From positions 6,138,001-6,202,000 of the forward strand of contig NC_043004.1 in assembly GCF_006345805.1 (NCBI RefSeq): a stretch of 64,000 nt of DNA. The letters are read 5' to 3'. A program made the translations under genes and the position numbers. Below, piece by piece: positions 39,101 to 52,182 of this stretch (positions within the stretch are counted from its first letter, which is position 1; each line of letters begins with the position of its first letter). The notes beneath the pieces are model-generated. The model had not been told where the DNA came from and did not search any database. It saw only the letters and a list, made by a program, of their open reading frames with translations. This DNA is from Octopus sinensis (lineage: Eukaryota).

Positions 39101-39722
39101 TACTAAGCAAGTTCACTTGCTATACTGCACTGGATAAGCATTTATAGAATAGCTTTGCTTCTTGCAAAGGTGTTCAATAAACATAACTAATGATAACTAA
39201 TTAACAAACTTTATTAAGCCTCTAAAATATATGATATGAATCTTTGCTTAAACTTCACTCCAGAAATATTGCAAACAGATAAACCTTAAATCATAAAATA
39301 TATAATTATGCAACTAACTCCATATCTCCAAAATTACTGGCCTTGTGCCAAAATTTGAAACTATTATTATTACTATTATTTTAATACAATTTAGAATGAG
39401 ATTATTATCAGGTCTGTAAAGGTGGCACAGAAGGTAACATGCTGAGCAGGAATTAATTTCATTGATTAATGACCGGGTTCAAATCCTACCAGTCAGCTTT
39501 GGTTTTACATTTTATCCCACCATTGGTCAACAGGAAATATTTACTATTTTCAGTTCAATAGCCTACAGCTGCTCCAACACATTGTGTGTGTGTGTGTGTG
39601 TGTGTCTACACGTATATGCAATAGAAATTTATACAGGGTCAGGGGCCACCAACTGACTGGGGTACACCAAAACCCAAGTAAAAGGGGTCAGCAATGTGAC
39701 TTTTCCTTTCATATATAGGATA
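39101..39722 (+). repeat. Intragenic direct duplication, copy 2
   Basis: See 26673-27275. Confidence 0.88.
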
Positions 39723-39746
39723 AAAATAATTAATAAGAATACTTAC

Positions 39747-39847
39747 GGTGTACTAGAATCTGATTCAGACTCTGCATTTTCTAAATCTTGTGTATAGAAT
39801 CGCAACAACTCATCTTTCATAGAAAGGTCATGCTTTAATTGGCTAAC
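39747..39847 (-). CDS. TRAK1: TRAK/Milton exon, phase 0-2
   Basis: cag|GTT...CC|gtaagt; 101 nt = VSQLKHDLSMKDELLRFYTQDLENAESESDSST+CC; matches the recalled TRAK motif QLRHELSMKDELLQFY. Confidence 0.95.
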
Positions 39848-40770
39848 CTGTAAAAGAGTCAACAAAGAATGATATAAGCAAACTGTCTGAAGTAAAGGTG
39901 TACAAATATAACTGAACAGCTGGGCAGGAGGCAAAGTGTCGATGCAACCACAATTCTTTGAACATGGGTAAGGCATATTACTGTATTTATTCATGTGTAA
40001 GTCACACTATTCTATACTTGATTTTAACTGTAAAAACCAGGGGCATGACTTATATAAGTGGCAAATCTAAAACTATGAAGGGAAAAATATTTTGTACCAT
40101 GATTTAATACTAAATTAGGAATGTGACACATGCATGAAATAGATATGGTCATGACTTTGTCTACCTCAGTGTGTTTGACTGATAACAGATGTCATTACCA
40201 TTTCTAAATTGAATGGTTGGCTGTCAGTAAGAAGGTGGAATATTCATGTATAAAAATACCTTATTTAATACAAAAATGTTCAAATCAGTGAAACTCTCAT
40301 CAGTGTAAGTAAAGGAAAATGAACATACAAAGTACATGAAAACTCCCTGTAATTAACATATGCTAGGTGTGTGTGTGTGTGTGTTCATTTTTCCATGCTA
40401 GTATAAGGTAGATGGATATCTATTACTGAGGCATTGTTTCACAGTCAAATGCTCTTCCTGTCACTAACCTATACCTGATTTTCAAGTAAGGGATTTTTTT
40501 TCATTCCACATGTCTTTAAAAGTACAAAGTTATTGGGTAATCTGTTGACAAGGAATTGTCAAAACTTTACCATTTGTAGTTCACCCTTTGTGACTGTTTA
40601 CATTCTGTCAAAGACACACACACACACAATGGACTTCATATGGTTTCCAGCTACTAAATTCACTCACAAGACATTGAGCAACTTGGGACTTGCTCCAGGT
40701 GTTGGGCAGTGGGACTGAACTTGAAACCATGTGGTTGAGAACTGAACTTAACTACACAGCCATGTCAGTG

Positions 40771-40812
<42 letters not shown>

Positions 40813-41519
40813 CTCTCTCATACACATACATACATGCATGCACACACACAAACAAAATGTTCTATGAATGCACTTGTCACTATATAATGGAAAAGAAGTG
40901 GATCTATTCACTTCCTGGTTGCAAAACCCAGTTTGTCCAGTTTTGTATCTTCTTACAATGCAACCTTCACCACTGATTAAACAAATATCAATAGAATATG
41001 AGGGGCAAAGTTAGAGTTTGTTAGATCTTGTACCAAACATATTAAACATACTATAGAATAGGTGTGATTAATTAGGGTTGGATAAGGTAAGAAAACAAAG
41101 TTTGTTTTTTTTTTACCAATAAACTTTAAGCATATATAAGAAGAGAGATAGATGTTTATGCTTGTTGACATAAGATCATGTATAGGCAGGTGGTGTGAGG
41201 CATGGCTCATCATCAGATGAAATGCAGTACTAAAAAAATTTAAGGCGTGCCATTCAGAAAACTTCAGTTTTAAGGCGTGCCATTTCAGAAAACTGACATA
41301 GAAAAATGGAAATTAGATATCTGGCTAGAAACATATATGGGGTAAAATATGAGAGAATATGTAAGTACAGAACAACAGTTACTATTATAGTTAAGGGTAA
41401 TAACATTGAAATATTGCTTTAACATTTCTGTTATATTACTGTTGAAATACAAGGCCTTATATTTCAACAGTTCCAAGTAACTATTCTTCTCTGAAGACCT
41501 TCTACTGCCCAACTCTCTT

Positions 41520-42904
41520 GAATGTTTGTTACTACTATTGAAATACATAGCCTAGGTTTCAATTCTTTTAAAAATGAAGAATTTAGTAAAATAACTTTGC
41601 TATTCTTAAGGTGCTGTTTGAGACATAAATTAACCTGAAATTTTTATGGAAGAATGTATTTTAGATCTTAGTTAGTTAGTTAGTTAATTTGGCTCAAAAG
41701 CAAATAGCAAGGCCATGTAGGGGGACATGGAGTTAAGTACAGGGTGGTGTTCATGTAAAGAGTTCAGGCCACTTGAGGTCCAGGGAGGCTTTGAACAAAG
41801 CGGTCGTCGGCATCTTCACCATCTTGTCTGGCAGCTTGTTCCACGGATCCGCAACCTGGACGGAGAAAGCTCCTCTCCTTCGATTGAGATGAAATCGTCG
41901 CAGGTAGAGCTTTTCGGAATGACCCCGCAGCCAACGCTCTGGAGCCGGAGTGAAGAACAGCTCTTTCGAGAGGTTACACTTTCCGCTTATGATGTTGTGG
42001 GCGAGAATGAGATCACCACGGCGGCGGCGTTTTTCAAGAGAATAAAGGTCGAGCGTCCTCAGCCTTTCTTTGTAGGACAAATTTTTGAGACCATGAACCA
42101 TGCGGGTAGCCAGCTTCTGGACTCTTTCGAGATGCTGAATGTCTTTGAGGAGATAAGGAGAAGAGGCTTGAATCCCATACTCCAATATGGGTCTCACCAG
42201 CGTGACATAGAGTGGTAGGAATATGGCTGCTGTGAGCATTCCGAATGACCGTCAAATCAAGAACAGAATTCCGCGTGCTTTGTTGGCAGCATGGATGCAC
42301 TGGGCCGAAGGCGAAAAGGAGGAATCCACCAAGATACCCAGGTCCTTTACCTGATCGGTCCTCTCCAGCAGCAGACGACCTGGCTCGAAATCAAGTTGAG
42401 TTGCAGGAGTAGAGCCAACAGGCAGATGACAGCACTTTGACACGTTCAGACACAGGTCCCAATCGTTAGACCACTTTCAAATTTGGTGGAGGCATCGATG
42501 AAGATCCTCTATATTACCGCGAGGAGCGACCAGTTTGATATCGTCGGCAAATAGAAGGGTGTGTTGCGTGAGGTCGTCGGGCAAGTCATTTATGAAGACT
42601 AAGAACAACAAGGGCCCAAGCACTGAACCTTGAGGCACGCCACTGCTCGCACTGGAGACGTCGGACCGCGAACCATTAACTTGGACTTGGAAGGAGCGAT
42701 CTGAGAGGAAGGCACCAACCCATCGTATAATATCCGGATGGAAACTATATGCTTGAAGCTTGACAAGTAATAGGCGGTGGTTTACCGAGTCAAAAGCTTT
42801 GGCAAAGTCCAATAAAACGATGTCAACAGCATCACTATCATCTTATAAAATAAGAAGATTGTATCAGGACCAAGGGCATCTTGGGTGGGTTAGCATCAGA
42901 AGGG
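41520..42904. mobile_element. piggyBac-type MITE interrupted by the CR1 LINE
   Basis: 41540-41665 aligns with the 38330 copy; the sequence resumes at 42846 and ends in ...cagaaggg|ttaa. Left limit approximate. Confidence 0.55.
41671..42839 (-). mobile_element. 5'-truncated CR1-clade non-LTR retrotransposon (RT C-terminal half plus 3' UTR)
   Basis: One frame from DFAKAFDSV through SGVPQGSVLGPLLF and LFADDIKL to ...LDLKWPELFT* with only two in-frame TGAs (42477, 42252) and no frameshift; (TAAC)n tail at 41671-41686; candidate 6-bp TSD ATCTTA at 41665-41670 and 42840-42845. Confidence 0.93.
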
Positions 42905-43915
42905 TTAATCAAATTTACATTCAAATAATATTAGTTTTAGCTTCACAAGCATCAAATAGAGAGTAAAAATATTTCAGTGAAACAAGTGTATTCTTTGGCA
43001 AAAATACAAGTAGTTGGCATAGACTCACTATATAAGCTCTTTATATTAATCTTTATATAATTACAAGTTGGTGAGGATCAAAAGTAGGAGGTGAACTCAG
43101 TAAACTTGTGAGGTTTTGATTTACTATTGTAGATGTTTCTCATTTTTGTATTGTGAAGATCACTGGGTAAGGTATGACTGTTACCACTCTTTTTATATGA
43201 TTTTTGTCCCAAACAAGACTAGAGGCCATTGAAGCGTGATTACAAAGGAGGAAATGAAAAGGCCTACAAATTCAAAAGATGTCAATTGGCAGAAAACTTA
43301 AAGGACAAAGTATCCTAGACAAGAGGAAAACAAAATGATGGTAGTGAGTTCTGGAGAGCAGCAGTTTGAGGAAAATTTATTAGTATAAAAGGATTGTCTT
43401 ATGACGAACAGGAAACTCAACAGGGATGAGAATTGAGTGACACTATTAAAGATTTCAACGGAGGATACTAAACCAAAAAGTTCATCAGTGCCATGGCCAA
43501 GGAAATATGTACTAATTTCATCTTAGCCATTGTTGGACACATTTAATTATTAGACAAACAAATGTATTTAATGAGTGCACATTATAATATTATGATAATA
43601 TTTACCCTCCTCCAAAGTATATTTTCCAATACTAAGATAACTACTTTTAGTAACAAAATAAAATAGGTATTAACAATATATAGGATTCAGTTTAATATAA
43701 ATTATTCATTAATGTTTTATGGTTAAATGTTAAATAATGATCTTTGTTTACTACACTGAAAAGTCTGACTGATTACCATTCGAGAAAAAACCCAACAAAA
43801 AACTATTAATAACCTGAACTTCCACTCCCAGTGATAATATGTCATACTCTGGGTCAGATGTCTTATAGCATTATATATATATGTGTGTGTGTGTGTGTGT
43901 ATGTATATATATATA

Positions 43916-43973
<58 letters not shown>

Positions 43974-44566
43974 TAAATAAATAAAACAATATTTGGGGAA
44001 AGAGCAATCTCATAGGGAAAGGCTTTTCATGTGCATACACATACACACCAAAGCAAATATAAACAAAAATAATTCACCTTCAAAATGTACTGTTGCTAGA
44101 AGGTCAATATACATAACATCCTGCTATAACTACTGTCTATTTCCACATAACAGCTATGATACAATAATTCATTTTTACCATCTTACAATTCAGAACAGAA
44201 TCATTTTTTTTTTATTCCATAGCTTTCTATATTCTCAGCACCTACTCTTTTGTTCAATCTGTGAACATTTAATCTTGAATTTATTTAAATTTTATATTAG
44301 AGAAAAATCTCACAGTTAATTCAACTTATTTCTTAAAGATTGTTGAATAGGTATTATGTACACTTTGAATCTATCACAACCTACAGTGACTGAATTCTAT
44401 GAGTCAACTGCTGCCTGTAGCACACCCCAAACAATGCAAAAGAAACAGAAAAGATTACAAAAATATTATTATTATTGTTGTTGTTAGTATAAATATAATA
44501 GAATTAAACCCAGTAACACAATCTTGTGAAATTTAGCATTGTAAAGCATAAAATGTCTTTTAATCT

Positions 44567-44947
44567 TTCTTTTATTTGCTTCAGTCATTGAACTGCAACC
44601 ATGCTTAGGCATGAGTAATATTTTTTCCTGTCTGGTACTTATTTTACTGTTTTCTCTTTCTAAGCTGTTAAGTTACAGGGACATAAACAAACCAACATCA
44701 AGTGTCAAATGGTAGGAGAGATAAACAAAGACATATAGAAACTCTCCTACCATACACACACACACACATATATATATATACACACACATATATATACACA
44801 CATATATATACATATATATATATGTAGATACACATACTTACATATACATACATACATATATATATATACATACATATACATACATATAAACACACACACA
44901 CATATATAAACACACACATATAAACACACACACACATATATATATAT

Positions 44948-45022
<75 letters not shown>

Positions 45023-45183
45023 TACATCAGGCTTCCACAGTTTGTATCTACCAAATTCACTCACAAAGTCCACCTAAAGATTTAGCAGAAGATACTTGCT
45101 CAAGGCGCTGTGCAGTGAGACTGAATCCCAGCTAAATAAGGTCGCAATGAGAGTTCCTTAACCATACAACCACATCTGCACCC
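44567..45183 (-). mobile_element. SINE family A with a large microsatellite expansion
   Basis: Family tail and head flank about 270 bp of (CA)/(TA)n. Confidence 0.75.
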
Positions 45184-45702
45184 AGTAATTAATTAATTTC
45201 TGTAAATATCAATTTAATTTTCACAAAAATGCTTTCCTCAATAAACGCAAAAAAAGGCTCAACACATTTTGAAAAGCAAAAAGTTCATTATGTCAATATA
45301 CAACAATTAAGAAGTAAAAAAAAATAGTTTAAACTTGTAGTATAAAGGGAATTTTATCCAACATTATTTGGGTGAAGAAATAAAAATCATTTGGGAAGTT
45401 TACAGGAATATTAAAAATCAATAAAAAGTCTAATATAATACAGATATTTACATAGGGAAACATAAAGGGATTAATTATAGGTGACAGAAGCAGTATCAAT
45501 ACCAAATGGTATTGATATGGATGCTCTGTCAGAACACCAAATACTGTGTTATTAGCCTTGAGAGATCCTCTCGTAAAGGTACTTCGTGCATAAAGGAATC
45601 TATACAAGAGGATCATTCAAGGCTAATAATGCAATAGTCGGGGTTCTAAGAAGCTACCTATGCTAAGTTGGATACATAAGAGGATTGTTTAAAACTGCTA
45701 GT

Positions 45703-45755
<53 letters not shown>

Positions 45756-45850
45756 ATATAATAATAATATTAGAGAATATGATTCCAAACTTACAGGAAA
45801 AAATTCAATTTAGTAATACTAAATCAAATTTCACAATATATAATATATGT

Positions 45851-46192
45851 ATATAAATTAGAGAAGAACCACCACATAGCAATTCAACAATGATATAATT
45901 AAATCATACCATATAGAAAAAAATTAAAGATACGATAAAACATACCTATAATTAAGTAAAGTACAAAATAATAAATAAATAGTATATAATTAGTAAAAAA
46001 TAAATAGTATATAATTAGTAATAAATAATTAGTATATAATTAGTCTTTTTACTTATTATATACTATTTATTAATTTGTACTTTACTTAATTACAGGTATA
46101 TGCTTTATCGTATATTTAATTTTTTTCTATATATTATGATTTAATTATATCATTGTTGAATTGCTACATAGTGGTTCTTCTCTAATTTATAT
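45851..46192. repeat. Long inverted repeat (foldback), arms of about 150 bp
   Basis: 45851-46000 is the reverse complement of 46045-46192; by hand about 10 substitutions and 2 small indels. Confidence 0.92.
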
Positions 46193-46595
46193 ATATATAA
46201 AATATTGAAGTGAAGTTATGTGGCCTAGTAGCCAGAGTGTTGGGTTTGAATTTGTAAGATCATGCATTTAATTTATTGATTTAACTGTGCATTGTGTTCT
46301 TGAGCAAGACATTTCATTTCACAACACTCCAATTCACTTATCTGAAAATGAAGGGCAGCAGGAGCAGCTGGAATTAACTTTGCTACAAGCTGGCACCCTG
46401 TCCTGTCCAGAGGGAGCTTTCAAGGGTAGGAACAGCAGTGGTATTTAATTTCCCTATGGCCTTCACACAATCACACACAGAGTATAAGATATAACATCTT
46501 GTAATTTTCTAATATCTTAGACACCCTAATAATGGTTAACACAGAGAAGAAAACACAAATGAAAATTGATTTAAAAGAAAAAAGAAACGACTTAC

Positions 46596-46712
46596 TTTGT
46601 CATTAGCAGCAGATAATTGGTCTTCTAAGTGGTCAGCTTTGTCTGATAACTCTTTGTTCTTCTCAAGAAGGGTTTGACCGATGCGAGCTGCAAGTTCAAG
46701 ATCTCGTTCTTT
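46596..46712 (-). CDS. TRAK1: TRAK/Milton exon (first found; HAP1_N domain), phase 0-0
   Basis: gcag|AAA...AAA|gtaag; 117 nt = KERDLELAARIGQTLLEKNKELSDKADHLEDQLSAANDK. ERDLELAARIGQ is the HAP1_N signature of the TRAK/Milton/HAP1 family. The symbol denotes the family orthologue, not a specific vertebrate paralogue. Confidence 0.95.
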
Positions 46713-47954
46713 CTGCAAATGAATGAAGTATTTTAATTAGAGAAATAGCAACTTTATATTTACAAAAGAAGTCAGAAAATATGATGTTAAGTGAATGGGT
46801 AAAAATATTAAACCTGAAATATTTCAGACTGTGTTGTATCTAGATCAGACATTTTCCTTCCAGACTGTCCATAATTTGAGAATAACAGACTGATACCTGC
46901 TTCATACTAGTCATAAAGGATTGATTAACTTTCCAAGTAATTGCTTATTTTTCTTCTAAGAAATTAAAATGAAGTTGTTATTGATATTTCCCTTTTTGTT
47001 TTTTTCCTCCAAAAAATCTCGCTGCATATATTTAGTTGGCTTCCTCTGGTCCATTAACTGGTTTGACTGGCAACAAAAAAGGTAGGTTTTGATTGACTTA
47101 CAATTGCCAAGACACACCTACATGCTGTTATGATCCATGTGGTTAGTCAGTAAAGAAATATAACGATGTTTATTGTTTTGTTTTTAAAGTGGTGACTGTA
47201 AATAAAATTTTTTTTTTAAAATTTACTTGTAACTATTGATATCACTATGGTAACATCAACAGTTATATGCAATCAATAAATTGACCAATGACACTTAAAA
47301 TTTACAACAGGATAACTGAGAAAAGGTAATGTTTTGTTTATATTTTTATCTATTTTACTGTAAACAAATACTGCATTTGACAGCAAGCTCTTCTTTCAAC
47401 TGCAACTTACCTGTAACACAAACCTTGAGCTTTGTTTAGAAACTGAAAACAGGCTTTGGGGGAGTTTGTTGTTTTTTTTTAATATAGGTGCACCTTATCA
47501 AATGCAGTATTGTTTGCTAAGGATCACTTAAGATAAGCACAGATTGCTGTGAAATGTGTCTAACATGTCAGGCCATGCCTTTTATCTCAAAATGAGGAAA
47601 AAAGGAAAAAGTGGGGCAAATAAATTTTATGGACAATTTTGCCAGCAAAAACTACGAGTAGTTATATTGATTTCCAATTTTTACTATCTATAATAAACCT
47701 GTGTTATGTGTCACCTTTCTTAAATGCTATCAGTTTCATCTCTAGTTTTAGGTATTTTGCCTAGTGTTAAGTATTTGTTGGAAAAAAGACATTCCCTACA
47801 GATGACTCAAACTCTAAAGAAATGTTCACTTGCTGACATTTTTGTCCAGATATAAGCCGTTTTGATACTCGAGGATAGCAGTACCCAACTGGGGCTCCCA
47901 GGGTCGCATGCAACCCTCAAGTATCCTTCTAGTGGGCCCCAACAGTTTTCATTC

Positions 47955-48290
47955 CCATCATTATCATTTAATGTCCATTGTCCATGCTGGCATGGGTTGG
48001 ACAGTTTGACCAGGGGTGGTAAACTGAGGAGCTGCACCAGACTCCAGCCTGATTTGGCATGGTTTCTATGGCTCGATGCCCTTTCTAATACCAACCACTC
48101 CAATTGTAATGGGTGTTTTTACATGCCACCAGCACAAGTGCCAGTTGCATGACTACGATTTCACTTGGCTTGATGGGTCTTCTTCTCAAACACAGTATAT
48201 TGCCAAAGTTCTTGGTCATTTGTCATTGCCTCCATAAGGGCCAATGTTTGAAAGGTGCATTTTACATGCCAACTGACCTGTGTACTTTTT
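47955..48290 (-). mobile_element. SINE-like family C
   Basis: Same tail and core. Confidence 0.7.
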
Positions 48291-48455
48291 TTGTGTGAAC
48301 CCCTAAAAAAAAACAATCCAGGTTTGGATCTCGTCTGGATATTTAAATAGTTGAGAACCACTGCTCCAGAATTTATTTCTATTACTGAATGGCATATCGG
48401 GCAACTGTCATCTATTACAGCCCTGGACCAACTAAAGCCTCAAAGAAACCTGTTG

Positions 48456-48512
<57 letters not shown>

Positions 48513-49674
48513 TTGTATCTCCTTGTGTTGACATCACATAATTGTAAATGAACATCTCTGTCATAAAGAAGTGTCATTTCCAATACTCTGCTAAAACATG
48601 TCTGGCCATGGGAAAGCATTAGCTTGCTTGGGAACAGGTGAGAGTTGGCGACAAGCAGGGCATCCAACTGTAGAAAATCTGCTTCAAACTTTGTCTGATC
48701 CATGCCAGCATTGAAAAATGGACATTAAAACAATGATGATGATAATGAAAAGCTTTTTATTGAAATACTTTTTTGTAGTACTTAATTTGACACTCAGTTC
48801 AGGAGACATTACAAGGATTCTGATGCCATTGTGATATTGTTTGCAAAGTCTGGATTAAGAATGGGTCTACCATTCTTAAGCCAGACATTTCAAACAATAT
48901 CAAAATAGTTTTTCAATGTAGAAAGCATTTTACATCAGTGGTATACTATTTTATTGATGCCAGTCAGTTGGCTCGGGCCATATTGGGGGCAAAAAAAAAA
49001 GATAGAAAAACCTCCTCTGCACATTTGGATCTTTAAAATGTTTGCTATCTGTGTCAATGATCATAGAGAAGATGAGGATAAATTGGCTTTATACCAAAGT
49101 GAAATGTACTTATAATCTAAGCAGCCATATGATATCCTTAATGAATGATATTTGAGAAGAATGCATGAATGAAACTATTTTCAGACAAAGTGATAGCAAA
49201 ATCTTGTTTATTACTTTCAGTGTTATGATTACAGTTTTCTATTTTTTTTTCTCTCTCTTTAAATTTATACTTTGAAATTTGAATGAATTAACAGCTTTAG
49301 TTTCATAATGCCAAATGGTACATTACACTGAGATTTTCTTATAGCTGTAACCTTCACTAGATAACTCTACTATGACCACCACCATCAACAAATGCTTTGA
49401 GGTGTCAGTCCTCTTTTAAACATGAATACAAATGGAAATCTTAAGCAATTTGGCAGAGAAATATGAATAAGCCTCATAGGAAAAAACAAACCAATCTATC
49501 TAATATAAATTAAGACACGAAGAAAGTTTAAAGGTCAACTACTAAGTAACTCACTATTCAAGTATTGCACCTGTTTCAATGGTAACATTTTATCTTTAAG
49601 AAAAAAAGAAAATGAAATTCTATAAACATTATATAAAGGTTTGAAACTGAAAAACAAAATTCTAGTGTTTATTT

Positions 49675-50061
49675 TCTATCTCTTACTTGTTCCAGTCATT
49701 AGATTGTGGTCATACTGGAGCACTGCTTTGATGAATTATAGTTGAACGAATCAACTCCAGTACTCTTCTTTTTTTTTAAGCCTGGTACTTATTCTATTAG
49801 TCTTTTTTGCTGAACTGCTAAGTTAAGAGCTGTAAACACACCAATACAAGCTGTCGAGCAGTGATGGGGAACAAACAGAAAAAGACACACACACACACAC
49901 ACACACACACCACACATAGTGGGCTTCTTTCAGTTTCTGTCTACCAAATCTGCTCACAAGGATTTAGTTGGGTTTGGTAGCAGAAGATGCTTAGCCAAAG
50001 TGCCATGCAGTGGGACTGAACCTACCACGTGGTTGGAAAGCAAAATTCGTACCATACAGCC
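49675..50061 (-). mobile_element. SINE family A
   Basis: Full-length diverged copy. Confidence 0.8.
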
Positions 50062-50142
50062 TTGGAATGCAATTTTAAATGTGAGATCACCTTGAGAAAT
50101 TGTAAGACCTAGTATTGGTAACAGTGTCAAAGGTTTTAACTA

Positions 50143-50343
50143 CCGTATTTGATGGCATAAAAGATGCATAGACACATCAGATACCCTCCAATTCAACAGA
50201 GTATATTCAAGGAAAAAGTTTTTTATTGCATTAAAATGTAATATTTAGTTGAAAGCCTAACTTTACATATAGGACCTGGAGTGATTTTTTTCAGACATTT
50301 TTTGGGGGAAAACAAAAATGCATTTATATGCTATTAAATACAT
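50143..50343. mobile_element. Copy of the 29734 MITE family, reverse orientation
   Basis: ta|ccgtatttgatggcataaaagatgca ... tgcatttatatgctattaaatac; the interior is the reverse complement of the family sequence. Confidence 0.6.
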
Positions 50344-50427
50344 CACATGTTTTTATATAAGGAGGGTTAATTGAGATAATTTTAAACAGAAATTAGAATT
50401 AAATCAATCTATTTATTTACTAGTAAT

Positions 50428-51070
50428 ATCATCATCATCATCATTTAATGTCTGCTTTCCAATGTTAGCATGGGTTGGACGATTTGACTGAGGACCGGCA
50501 AACCAGATGGCTGCACCAGGCTCCAATCTTGATCTGGCAGAATTTCTACAGCTGGATGCCCTTCCTAACACCAACCACTCCAAGAGTGTAGTGGGTGCTT
50601 TTACATTCCACCGGCACAAGGGCCAGTCTGGCAGTACTGGCAATGGCTACACTCAAATGGTGCTTTTTACGTGCCACCTGCACTAATTCTCTGTTACCCT
50701 CCATTGGGTCATTGTTCTAACATCATCATCGTTTAACATCTGTTTTCCATGCTGGCATGGGTTGGATGGTTTGACTGGGGACTGGCAAGACACACAAACA
50801 TCGTCATCGTTTAACGTCCACTTTCCATACTGCACCCGGCTCCAATCTGATCCAGCAATGTTTCTACAGCTGGATTCCCTTTCTAATGCCAACCACTTCA
50901 AGAGTGTAGTGGATGCTGTTTATGTGCCACTAACACAGGTGCCAGTCAGGCAGCACTGGCATTGGCTATGTTCGGATGGTGCTTTTTACGTGCTGGTGGC
51001 ACGGGGAGCCAGTCAGGTGGCACTAGCAACAACCCACGCATGAATGGTGCTTATTGCGTCCCACCAGCAC
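50428..51070 (-). mobile_element. Two adjacent family C copies
   Basis: Two (atc)n-led units starting at about 50428 and 50700. Confidence 0.75.
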
Positions 51071-51513
51071 AAGAGTCACTATTTGGTAATTCAGAATCCT
51101 ATCCTATGGTAACTCAGTTTTCACAACCTTCATGCTTTTTGATTATTACTTCATTGCCCCACAATATAGTTGAATTTTGAAAATTTCTTGTCCATGTGTG
51201 TACATAAAGAAACTTTAAAATATTCATTTTCAAACTGCATGTACAATGTTAGAAAAATCTTATCTCTGAGAAATATTAATTTGATCATGGACACAAAATA
51301 ATGGAATAGATTCATATGAATTCATTTTGCTAAAAATAAAAGCCAACCTATATCAGACCTAAAAGCAAAAAAAAAATTATATATATATATTAATACCAAT
51401 ATAATGTGATAGTAGACAAGGAAAAGGCAAAACTAGAAGCATTGAACAAAGGGTAGTGAAAGACCAATTGTACTAAAAGTAGTAAGACTAGTAAAATGGA
51501 ATAATTAACTGTA

Positions 51514-51544
<31 letters not shown>

Positions 51545-51548
51545 AACA

Positions 51549-51647
51549 CCATTGACTCGTGTATAGTTGCACTATTCCAAACTTGATTTTAATTGGAGAA
51601 AACAAAACCCAAAAAACTTGAGTGCAACTTATACACAAATAAATATG

Positions 51648-51648
<1 letters not shown>
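51549..51648. mobile_element. Very short MITE-like element
   Basis: Inverted pair gtgtatagttgcac (51559-51572) / gtgcaacttatacac (51622-51636). Confidence 0.45.
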
Positions 51649-51705
<57 letters not shown>

Positions 51706-51706
<1 letters not shown>

Positions 51707-52182
51707 CGTAAATCCTCAAGCATAGTCCGCACTTGAGTATAATACGCAGGGGATTTTTAGGGGGCCGTACCTCTGAAAAACCTAAACCTTGTATATAATA
51801 CGCACCCCTTCTCTAACTTGAGTCAAAGAGGTCTATATAACGTCCTTGGTTTGTAAAAATGTATACGGTAACATCCTTTATTATTATTGTATATATAACA
51901 TAATGCAAACGTGTAGCATTTTTGTGCAATGTTTAATAAATGTTGCTTACTGCAAGTTATGGATGATTCTTTTATGACTTCATTGCTTTCACGCTTAGCT
52001 TAAGGTATTTTCGTGCCCGACATCACAAAATGCGTCTGAATAAACATTGCCGGACAGCAAATAGAAACTCGAACATTGCTTAGAAAATAATTTTCATTTT
52101 AAACCTCATGTATAATACGCACTACAGATTTTGACCTTTAAATTTTGGGGAAAAAATGCGGATTATACTCAAGGATTTACGG
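51706..52182. mobile_element. pogo-like MITE
   Basis: TIRs ccgtaaatcctcaagcatagtccgca / tgcggattatactcaaggatttacgg, followed by TA. Confidence 0.8.

Noticed and set aside
41727-42300. 163-aa plus-strand ORF and 88-aa alternative-frame ORF
   Set aside because: They are antisense or off-frame shadows of the GC-rich LINE RT.
45494-45517. Perfect 10-bp hairpin TATCAATACC-aaat-GGTATTGATA
   Set aside because: Isolated and AT-rich; plausible by chance in 64 kb, with no supporting context.
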